From Podarcis filfolensis (taxonomy: Eukaryota), in assembly GCA_964270895.1 (NCBI GenBank), contig OZ185440.1: a DNA stretch of 64,000 bases. The stretch is one strand, 5' to 3'. Shown piece by piece: positions 11,814 to 23,800 of this stretch. Made by a program: the position numbers and the translations under genes. How positions within the stretch are numbered: position 1 is the first letter of the stretch; each line of letters opens with the position of its first letter. The notes under the pieces were generated by a model, which saw only the letters and a program-made list of their open reading frames with translations, had not been told where the DNA came from and made no database searches.

Positions 11814-14800
11814 TTAATGTTGTGTCCATTTAATGCTCTTCAAATCAACTCCATCCTGTACCATTTCCCACAGTGGGCTGTGAAATGAGAAGGAAAATTC
11901 AATGACAGTCAGAAATACAAATAATTTGACATCAATAGAACTTTCAGGAAATAATTAATAAGAACAAAATATTATTTTAAACGAAGTTCCACAAAGAACA
12001 CTTTCTAACTACATAAAGTAATTATGTCTAAGAATGCCTACTATCTTCCGAAATACCCAATTAAGATGTTTTGTTATGGCAAAATTTCACCAGGGTTGAA
12101 TGCCTGAACCCACGATGGGTATTACAGTATATTGAGACACTAGCAATGGAAATAAAGAGATTTATATATGAATTTCCACCCTTCTAAATGCGTATTTACC
12201 CTGGCCTTTGACACCTGAGAAATATATATATTAGGACCCACCTGATTCTGTGACTTAAATAATGGGACTGCATGCATATTTGGGCTTTATAAGGATTGTG
12301 CCAGTTTGCTGTAAATATCTGGCTGGACCACAGCTACAGAGATAACAAATAGTATATTCCTTCTCCTATCTTGATCTGCTCTAACCACTGAGATTCCGTG
12401 ACTTCTGGCAGTATTTCCTTACCACAGACAGACTTTTAAAGAAATCCTGTGATGGTTAATGTCTAATATTCAGATTTATATTTTTTTACCTCATCTCCCT
12501 TAATCTTTTCACATGCTGTATGCATTTTTTTACGGTATAGTCTACCTCTTCTTCAGTAGTGAAACGGCCAATGCCAAACCTGAAATTAAAGCAAAGAGCT
12601 TATCAGATGCAACATAGCACACATAAAAAGATAAAAAGGGATTCTTCTCTTGATGGATGTAAAATAATTGAATGTGACTGTCTAGAACCGGCATAGGCAA
12701 AGTTGGCCCTCCAGATGTTTTCAGACTACAACTCCCAACATCCCTAGCTAACAGGGCCAGTGGTCAGTGATGATGGGAGTTGTAGTCCCAAAACATCTGG
12801 AGGACCGAGTTTGCCTATGCTTAATTTAGAACTATAAGCCTTGCCTTATGGATGAGTGAGCCAAGTCTTCATCAGTTCCAATTGCACGCAACACATATGA
12901 TGGTTCCAGAGACGCAGATGTGCAAGCACTAATGAGAAAAAACAATATGTTGGCATTTTGTCCTTACACAGAACTGGTATAGAAATCAAAATAGCAGACA
13001 GCTCTAGAGTAATATGCTCTTATCACTGCCCCCTAAAGATTTACTGACTACAGAAACAAACCAAGAAGACTAATTATGCAAGAGAAGGGTGTGTAATTGC
13101 ATAATTAATAGAAGGTAAGGCATTTCAACTGCAGAAGCAGAAAATAAGGCAGAGTACAGCAACAGATTGATGTTAGAAAAAGAAGTGTGAGGTAGGGGGA
13201 AAGATCAGACAGGGTGGGTAATATATTAAAAAGTGTGTTATGTGATCAGGAAAATAAGAATGCCCAAAGTTCTTCTTATAACTTAGGGGGACTAAAATAT
13301 TGGAAGGAAAGGGCAAAAAGATATTAGCAGCAGGAATTAACCATCTAGTAGATCCAGTTATAACTAATAAAGCTTGGTTAAATTATGTAATTTGACATTT
13401 GCCAATTGAATTTTAAAAGGAATCAGAAATATTTGAAAGGAGTCAGAAATGCTAATAGGACACTCCTTATAAATGGAAGTAAATCAGCCCTGGTCAGAAT
13501 AAAGAAAGATTCTGGATTAGATGGCTCATAGATTTGTTCTAGATCATCAATTCTAGTGACTTGAAGTGGAAAAGGCCACTTTTATTCTGCACTCCTTTAA
13601 ATATCTGGCATGGGAGTTCCAGGCAATCTCTCATCTGCACACTGACCAGACTAAGACTTGCATAGCTTTAACAATGGACCGCATAATGTGCCCTTAGAGC
13701 ATATTCCAGGCTCTCTCTTCTCTCTCACATATGTAAGACTTATAGAAGTCAGTTGGCCCATAACCTGTTATACCTGGGTCCACCATCTGTTGTTAATACT
13801 ACAACACACTTTGACCAGTGTCATCAGCAGAGTATGCACAGCTCCAGCAGAGTCTTCTAGCACAACATCAGAGTTTTCCTGCTTTTTAGTAGTCAGTCTT
13901 TTTCACAGTTCCCCTATCCATTTCAGTTCAGTTCAAAGTATGTAGTGTCTATTGTCTCATGGCACAAGACAAGCATAAATACACTAGCTACATTAACTTT
14001 AAGAGATGCTGGTACATCATGAACTAATCTAGTATAATAGAGTTCTCTAGTCCCAGAAACAAACCTTGTAGTGATCACTTGCCCTTACCATGCTAGCTCA
14101 CCATACTATACGGAACCGAACCATATAGCATGTAACATTCACCAAGATGATAAAACCTCACACTTGGCAAATACCTCACATTGATGCCAATGTTGCTGAA
14201 TTCAACCTTGGCATTATACCTGCCTCTGCATGTACACACATTCCTTAGAAAAGGGGAGGATGAATGAGTCATGTTTTAAGTATTTAGCCTTCAACTGTTT
14301 CTAACCACCCCATGTAGCTGAGTCTTTCTCTAAACAGAATCCAGAAATGAGGGATGGCCTGAAGAAGAAGAAGAAGAAGAAGAAGAAGAAGAAGAAGAAG
14401 AAGAAGAAGAAGAAGAAGAGGTGTTTGGACTTGATATCCCGCCTTTCACTCCCTTTAAGGAGTCTCAAAGCGGCTAACAATCTCCTTTCCCTTCCTCCCT
14501 CACAACAAACACTCTATGAGGTGAGTGAGGCTGAGAGACTTCAGAGAAGTGTGACTAGCCCAAGGTCATCCAGCAACTGCATGTGGAGGAGCGGGGAATC
14601 AAACCCGGTTCACCAGATTACGAGTCCACTGCTCTTAACCACTACACCATGTTGGCTCAAGACACGGTCCAAGTGCTTAGTGCAATTTCACCCATTCTTT
14701 CCAATTTACACCAACAATATTACCTTCCAGAAGACAGAGCCACATCTTTAAGTGCCATCAGCAGGCTTTCTCCTTCCACATATGCAAAGGATAAGTTAAT

Positions 14801-17800
14801 GCAGCCTGCAAAGTTAACAAAGCAGTGTTAGCTTCTTTTAAGATTGCACTTTAGACAACAGGGTTTTTGCAGAATCATAGAATGATAGTACAGTGGTACC
14901 TCGCAAGACGAATGCCTCGTAAGATGAAAAACTCGCAAGACGAAAGAGTTTTTCGTTTTTTGAGTTGCTTCGCAAGACGAATTTCCCTATGGGCTTGCTT
15001 CGCAAGACAAAAACGTCTTACAAGTTTGTTTCCTTTTTCTTAAAACTGTTAATACCCTGGGAATCCGTGCTTCGCAAGACGAAAAATTCGCAAGACGAAA
15101 AAACTCGCAGAACGAATTAATTTCGTCTTGCGAGGTACCACTGTATACGAAGGGACTACAAGGGTCATCTAGTTCAACCCCCTGCAATGCAGGAATTTTT
15201 AGCCCAACATGGGGGTTGAACTCAAGACCCTGCTCTTAAATAATCTGAGTCTATTTTCCCTTTATGGAATGTTTCTTTTTCATTTCCTTTGAATGTGAAT
15301 GTCACCACAGCTCTGATCACTAGAGTGCTAAATGCTAATTCCAGAAATGCATGCAGAACAACTGTCTCACCAGCACACCCATAATTTTTATTTCTAAACA
15401 ACCTAAAACTGGCTAACTGTGCAGAAGACAATGAAGTGGAAGAAAATATTGAGCAGCTCTTTGGACCATTACAGAATTCTTCATTCAGTCTTTAACACAG
15501 TGATTTATCCTAGTGCTCTACCTAAAACATACAAGTCAGAACTAAGATGTAAAACAATAAAAAAAGCTTGTGCATAATCTGCTATTCACTGGGATTGATT
15601 TATGCAGTGATTTAAGGTCAGTACAGAAGCAGAAGACATATCTGAATTAGTTTAAACATCGTGTTTCAGTGACTACAATCTCTACTTAATTTCATGTTGA
15701 CTTCATATGCTTAACAGATCAACAGTGAAACTATTTAGAGTCAACCAAAGCTTTAGCACTAATGCTGTTATAATATTATCTCAGTTTTCATCTAGTCATG
15801 AATATATAGAACATTGTATAACAGAGGATGAGAATTTTGCAATATTCAAGCTATTTGTTGAGTTTCTGGGCTAGTACCCGATGAGCACAAGATTGCTTTC
15901 AATTCTAAAACAATACTGCTGTACCAGATTAACACTTAAATCTGTTTTAAAATTTCCAATGCTATATTCATTTTAAAAAGAAACCCTAAATGGTCAAAGG
16001 CAATTTCTGAAGTAAAGAGGAACTCAACATTCTGCTAATAATACCTGGATAACGATGAACTGGATCGCCGTTCATTACTACATCAGGAATTTCAGACATT
16101 ATGTTTGTAACTAATCTGCCAGCTAATAAACTAATTCGCTTATGGTCATACTGAAAAAGAAACAAGAGAACTTATTAGCTATTCTACAAACATGCAGATG
16201 AGCCTTGATTGATGTACTAAAAATGTTCTATCAGTCAATTCTAGCCTGTTAACCAAAAAGACAAGGCAAAATAACACAATATTTGTCAGAGCAATTTCTC
16301 ACACAAATAATAACCATAGCAAAACTCAGCCCCAAGTTAAATATGAGAGTTACGGTTATCAAGCTGATGCTGGCTATGTGCAAGTGGAATAGACTTCCAC
16401 CTGCACAATGGGACTTCACCTACCTCTTCTCTCCTTTCCATGCTCTAATACCCCCAAATATGCCCCACATTTTCAGGGTACATGGGGGGATGGAGGAAAG
16501 AAAGAAAGGATAGATTCATTATGTGAACAGAAGTTTGCTTGCACAACATTGGATTCCACCCCCTGAGTTTGCTCTACTATCCCACAATTGCTGCTGTAAA
16601 ATTCAGAAATATGTAGTAGGAAAATTCTATAAGAAATTGCCTCCATAATTGTTTGAAAATTCTATGCTCGAGAAGAGAGATGCCCTTGAAATAGAGGCAC
16701 ATCTCTGTACAATTATTATAATCAACAAACACTAGTTGTTCTAGAAACTGCTTGCCTTCTCTTACCAACAGCAAGACAGAGACCAGAAAGGTTCTAACTG
16801 TAAGGTTAGAGTTTGTAAGAAATATGGCACAGAGAACTACTTAATGAATGAACATAGCACTACTAAAATATCTCAGAAATACTCAAAACCATCTCAGAAA
16901 ATTGTTCTGCCAAGAAGGCCAAGTTTGCTTTGCTTATATAACTGCTTTTACATATTATAGGAAAATAAAGGCTGAATTATGGAGCACGATTAGTTCTCTA
17001 CAGTACAGAGAAGGGCATCATATTAAACCCTAATCATTATTGTTAAAGGAATGTGTTGCAGACTTTCAACCATCAACAAGGCCTCAAAGAACATGGTAAA
17101 ATAAATGGATCAAGAAAAGTTACACAACTAGAACTGCTCTTTATACCTCCATCTCTTGTTGTGCCAATTCGCAAGCTGCTCCAAGACCAACTGCTAAAGG
17201 AGTTGGCACAGTCCCAGAACGTAATCCTCGCTCCTGGCCTCCCCCACTTTGTATAGGTTCCAGTCTTACTCTTGGTCGCCGCCGAACATAAATTGCACCA
17301 ACCCCTTAGAAACAAGAAGTTACTTCTGTTCAGTACACAGGTAGACTTTCCATACTGTATGTCTCCTAGCATATTTAGAAACATTTAGAAAAAATCCTTC
17401 AGGAACTTTTAATCAGGATTCTTCGTCGCAAGAGATGCATTTTAAACATTCAGGGCAACACCCAGTGATGTTCCGCCACTTGTGCAATGGGAATCTGGTT
17501 GCACAACAGAACTTCCAGTTTCTCATTTGAGCTTGCAGCCCCCTATGCACCCCCAAAAATCTACTCCAGAGGGTATCCAACCCTCTGGAGAAGATTTTTG
17601 GGGGATCACTGTAGGGACCTGCAGTGGGGGGAAGAGAGGAAGAAGAAGCCCTGTTACATGAACAGAACCATTCACATTTTGTTGGATCTCATCTTCAGAT
17701 ATTCAATTTACATTTCTAATTGGAAGAATCCTCATTTGCTAATTTCTATAAAATAAGTATCTTCTCCTAAAATTTATCAAAATCCTTGAGGTGTTCTTCA

Positions 17801-20800
17801 GCAGGATCTTCCTTTGTCATTATTTAACTCCAGAAAATGAAAAATAACTGTCTGGCATCCTAATCTAATATTCTGGCAGAAAGTCATGCATACTGCCACA
17901 TCCATACACACAGTCTATTATAGAGTGTGCCCTTAGTGCCCTGTGCAGTAGTTTGCATGGAGGCTGCTGCATATAGATCTGTATAGTGGAAGGTATGTGG
18001 TCAGGCATAGCTTAATCCATTTGTAGATGTAGCTTGTTCCACATATAGCTGTCTCCACATCTTGGATAGCAGACTAGTGTTTAGGAACCAAGTTGTGTTC
18101 AAAGTGCTCATATGGAAGAAGAGGAGGAGTTTGGATTTGATATCCCGCTTTATCACTACCCGAAGGAGTCTCAAAGTGGCTAACATTCTCCTTTCCCTTC
18201 CTCCCCCACAACAAACACTCTGTGAGGTGAGTGGGGCTGAGAGACTTGAAAGAAGTGTGACTAGCCCAAGGTCACCCAGCAGCTGCATGTGGAGGAGCAG
18301 GGAAGTGAACCCGGTTCACCAGATTACAAGTCTATCGCTCTTAACCACTACACCACACTGGAAGTACTTATTTCGAAGAAAGCTATTTTGAATAAAGCGC
18401 CCATCCCTGCAAGACTGTTGCAGGCTTTCCTCTGCTATTCTTGTTTCCTCCTTAAATACTATTGCAGGGATAGGGAGCCTGTGGCCCTCCATATATTTCT
18501 GGACTACAAGTCCCATCATCCTTGATCATTGGCTATAATTGCTAGGGCTGATTAGAGCTGTAGGCCAGCAACATCTGGAAGGCCACAGGTTCTCCAGCCC
18601 TGTACTAAGGTCTCTGTTTTTCATGGTGCCTTGACAAGGGTTAGCGATTTCTCCAAATGTTTATTTGACTACCAAATCAATTAAACCTGGCCACCTTTAT
18701 TAGTAAAAATGAAGTAGTATCTAATATAAGAAATATCAATACCTTTGGGACCATAGATTTTATGGCCACTGATGCTCATTAAATCAATTTTCATATCATT
18801 GACATTTAGAGGAATTTTCCCAACTGCCTGTGCAGCATCTGTATGAAAGAAAATTTTATGGGAACTGCAGATCTGACCTACAATGGAAAAACAACATGGT
18901 TCAGAATGAAATATTATTTATATTTTATGAAAATGTTGAAAGATTTTAAACATACTGATTTTATCAATCAATTCAAATGTATTGCTAAAACCCAGAGGTC
19001 ATCACAAAATAAATCTGGGAACAGATATAATACAAATGATGTCTGTGTTTCACTGTACTGTTAGCTTTCAACTGCTGGGAGGTGGGCATTTAGATGGGAG
19101 TGAAATGGCTCAAAATAAAAAAGGGGGGGGGGGAATCCTCCACGGTCCTGCTCCAAGAGTAGACACATAAACAACAACCTTGAAGTTCTTTTTTTAAAAG
19201 GTTTGGAAATCTGGTCACAGATCTCACATGTAACATCTATTTTGACCTTCACAAATTATTGACAGACATAGAAAAGCTGTCAGATATTGATTGTGAGCCA
19301 GTGATTTGTTTCTAAGTCACCACAATTATGTAGCTATTCTATGCTTCAACAGTGTGTGCTTCATTGTCGAGCTTTGTAAGTATTTGGCATTTTAGCTCAA
19401 GATATGTTTGTTTGTTTGCTTGATTTAGTATTTATTTCAAATTTCATAACCAGTTTTTTGAGGAACTTTTTCCATAAAGCATCTTACAATCTTTCATAAA
19501 ATCAATTCCACCCAAACTGTCAACTTACCAATGTCCTTAACTGGCTGTACCACTCCTATTTCATTATTCACAGTCATTACTGAAACCAATCCTGTGTCTG
19601 GTTGTATTGCATTTTTTAGATCCTGGTGGAAATCATAGAAGAGAATTAATTTGAACTGCATTAGCACTGCAAATGAAACTTATTTTACAATTACACTGCA
19701 CTTTTAACATATAAGCACCATTATATTCAATAGGGCATACTCCCTGTGCTAAGATGTGCACTCTAAATGGTTAGAGATATAAATCAATTTATTCTACTAG
19801 TACATAAAGTGTCCTTTCTTTGAATGCACCTGCTAAACTGATCCAATTTTGTACAATATACTAGGTAAGCAGTAAACCTCACCCTTTTGTCACTGCAACC
19901 CAACAAACATTTCACCAGTTTTTACTTAGACAGCTCTCTGTAGCATCCATATTCTAAGTGGAAGACTGCATTTTTGTTAACATTCCATTGCAAAGGACTG
20001 AAAAAGGGAGAAGCTGCAATCACATGAATACAAATTTGGAAACAAGTGATTTACCTTTAAATCTATAATCCCATTTTTCTGTACAGGCAAGTATGTGACT
20101 TGAAATCCCTCAGCTTCTAGGGCACGGCATGAATCCAGCACACACTTGTGTTCTGTTTGTGTTGTAATTATATGTTTCTTTCTGGATTTATAGAATCTTC
20201 CAACACCCTTTACACAGATAAAACGGAAAAAAAATTTAGATCAAAACTGCTGGAAATCCGTAGTTTCTATAAGTATCAAGTAAAAAAATGTAAAACGCCC
20301 AGTTACCTTGAAGCTTCAGGCAATAGACAACAAATCCTAGGCACATTTACTCAGAACTAGGTCCCACCAAGTGCAGGGGGGTTTACTCCCAAAAGTGTGC
20401 ATAGGATTGCAGCCCAAAATGGTACACACTTACATGGGAGTAAGCCCCACTGAACACAATGAGATTTACTTGTGAGTAAATATGCAAAGGATTGCATATG
20501 AAAAACTATTCAAGTAATCTTGGCAATTTTCAACTTTAGCTCAGTTTTTTAAGTAAGTGTCATGGTTTCATTTTTACATATTTTCATTTTTTACATATTT
20601 ACACAACATTTTTCCTCAGTGCAATTATGGGAAATAGCTACAAAGCAAAACTGTAGCCACAGAAACCTTACAAACTGCAGTGCAGAGAAGAATCTTGAAA
20701 AGAGACCTGTCGGTTAGTTTTGATAATGCAACTCTCTCTTTGCATAACTGTTTTAAGTACAAAGCAGGCAGAATTAGGTTTGGTTATACAATAGGCCTCT

Positions 20801-23800
20801 TAACATCAAGAAACATTAGTGCAATCTACTTTAAGGAAGACAGAAGTTTAATTCAACTACCAGTACAATCTTACATGCATGTCTGCACAGAAGGAAGTCC
20901 CACTGTGTTCAATAGGGCTTACCTCCTAATAAGTGAGTTCAAGACCACAGCCTGAGGCTCTTATGCACACTTACCCAAAGAAGTCCCACGGAATTCAGTA
21001 GGACTTACTTTTGAGTAGACGTGCATAGGAGTGTGCTGTGAACCTGGTTAAGTTTACACCAAGTTGTTTTAGGAACTTACAGTATATCGCTATACGATCT
21101 CAACCAAGTTACAATTACAATACATTTATATCAGAAACAACCAAGTATCTCTAGATATTTAACATGACGCAGTATGCTCATCCTGCAAATGCAAAAACAA
21201 TAACATTATCCAAATAACTTTATGTAGAGAATTGTGACTTCCACAGACTTTAAAAAAACTGCACACAAGATAATAGGTTTAGCACTTTTTAAGACTTGCC
21301 AATACTTTTATTTATTCTCAGGTAAAGCCAAAAAATATACACAGGATTGCACTGTTAGTTGCTGCAATTGTATTAAGCTTCTGCCTTAATTATAACACAA
21401 GACAGGACAGTAATATTTGAACATCCAGACTACTGTGAATTGTTTTTACATCACCATCACTTGGCATTACAATATACTCATTTACCTTAATTGCTATGTT
21501 GTTTGATTCTGTTGCCCCACTGGTAAAAATAATTTCTCTAGGATCTGCTCCTATTAACGATGCAACTTGCTGTTTAAAAAAAGACAGAACACAATAATAT
21601 AATGTTACTACTTTGAGGCAGAAAACCACATTCACCAGACAATTTTTGTAACAGCTTTCAAAACACAACTGCTTCATAAGTCAGCAAAGGCAGATTTAGA
21701 ATTAAACTGCATTTTTATGCCCACAGGTGGTGGTGCAGCCACTTCTTTATATTAAAAACAAAACAAAACTTGGTCCAGTAGCATTTGCCACCTACTGCCT
21801 GGCCACTAGTACTCTCTTTTGGAGGGAAGGTAGCAGCAGCGCATCTATGGGCACTCTTGGAGGACAGATTACCTTAACCCACTAACCCACTGCAATCTAG
21901 ATTCAGGTCTGATTTCATGGCTGAATTGCCTTGGTTGCTCTGATGGTTTGTCTTTATCAAAAAAGGGACAGGGGAGTGTGACCCTGTTGCTATTACTTGA
22001 TCTCCCAGAGGCTTTTGATGCAATTAACAATAGTAACCTCCTGGGATGAGTGTTGGAGGCACTGTGTTGCAGTGGTTTTGCTCCTATCTCCAGGGCTGAT
22101 TTCAAGGAATAGCACTGCATGGGAGTTTTGTTGGCCCCCCGCAAAGTGTGCTATGGGGTGCCACAGGAAACCGTCCTGACCCCAGGGCTGTTTAACATCT
22201 GTATGAAGCTGTTAGGTGTCGTTGTTAGGTGATTTGGAGTAAGGTGTTACCAGTATGCTGATGACACCCTGCTCTATCTATTTCTCTCTGACATCTAAAT
22301 CAGATGAGGCTATGCAAATATTAAACATGCTTGGATGAAGTTGTGGGATGGATGATAGCCAATAAACTGAAAATGAATCCTGACAAGATGGAAGCTCTGT
22401 GGGTAACTGGTACCCAAGTCCAGAAGGCAGCTCAGTTGCCTATCCTGGGTTGGACTGCATTTTTCCTGAACAATCAGGTATGTAGCTTAGGTGTACTGCT
22501 GACTCCAACTTTGTCACTATAGGCCCAAGTAGTCTTGGGCTCAGAGCACCTTCTTTCAGCTTTCTATCAGTTTTGGCTGCACAAGGATAGCTTGGCCACA
22601 GTGGTCCATATATTTATCCCCTCAAGGTTGAATTACTAGAATGTGCTCTACGTGAAGCTGCCCTTGAGGTTTGTCTGGAAGCTGCAACTGGCACTGAATG
22701 CCAGGCTTTTTCAGGATAGCACTACTGGCTATTGTTCATGTTGGTTTTACATTGGGTTTAATGTACTCTTAACTGTTTTATGTTTGTATCTTGCTTTATT
22801 TTGTATACTGTCTTGCCAAAGGCAAGGTGATTCTTTTAAAATAAGATTCAGAAGCAATACAAAATACACAGGTGAGTGAGAAGATTAAAGATTTTATTCT
22901 AAAACATCAAGCAATGTATACAAAGCAAGCACTTCAATCTGCTACTTGGAAGCCCACAAGAAGTGGCAAAGTGACTCCCCCAGGTAGTCTCAGTTTGCAC
23001 GGCCCTGCAGCCAATCAGTCCGTGCATGAGCTTCAGAGAAACTCTGCCCAAACCACCTGATTTTATAGATAGCCTTGTGCCTTCCTAGACTGGCTACCTG
23101 CAGATAATCCATTAGCTGCCCCCTCCCTCCCTCCCAATGTCTCACTTTCTCAAAACAATGTCCAATAGCAAAGAAGGTACCCGGCATTATCCTCCACAAC
23201 TGATTAAGGCAGCTGTGGGAGGGGGGCATCACCTTCTCGTTCTCAGGACATTAAAGACTGTTCTCACACCAGCAAAAAAAATTAACAACAGCGAGGGAGG
23301 GGGAAGGAACAGAGGCAGGAAGGGTAAACATGTCAGATCACTAACTCCTCAATACAATTTGTCTTCTGGATAAAATTCCCATACGTATACTGCCATGAGA
23401 TTTGACTGATAAGCAGTTCATAAACAAATTATAAGAAAAATGCAGAAATCTCACCTGTCTAGCTTTTTCCATAGCAGATTCACTCTCCCAACCATAAGCA
23501 TGAGTTCTTGAGTGTGGGTTACCATAAAAATGCACAAGATAGGGAAGCATGGTATCCAAAACCCTAGGGTCCTAGAACAAAATATTAATAGTTATTCTAT
23601 TTCATTTCATCATTAAAAAAAAATCTGTATCGAAGAGTTTTCCCCTACACACCCAAATGCTTGGAACACACCCCGCCCTCTTATTAAGGCTACAATCTTC
23701 TTTCTGTTTGTGTACACAAGACAGTACGGCCAGTATGGCAGCAGTCTTTATTTCAGAGTAAATAGGATTAAAATGTGATTAGGAACAGGCTGTAAATGTT

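Noticed and set aside
14347-14751. Poly-Lys ORF and related ORFs at 18062-18391
   Set aside because: Translation of the (GAA)n tail and body of a SINE.
22940-23330. Repeat-like stretch with several short ORFs
   Set aside because: Probably an old element, but I could not assign a family or motif.
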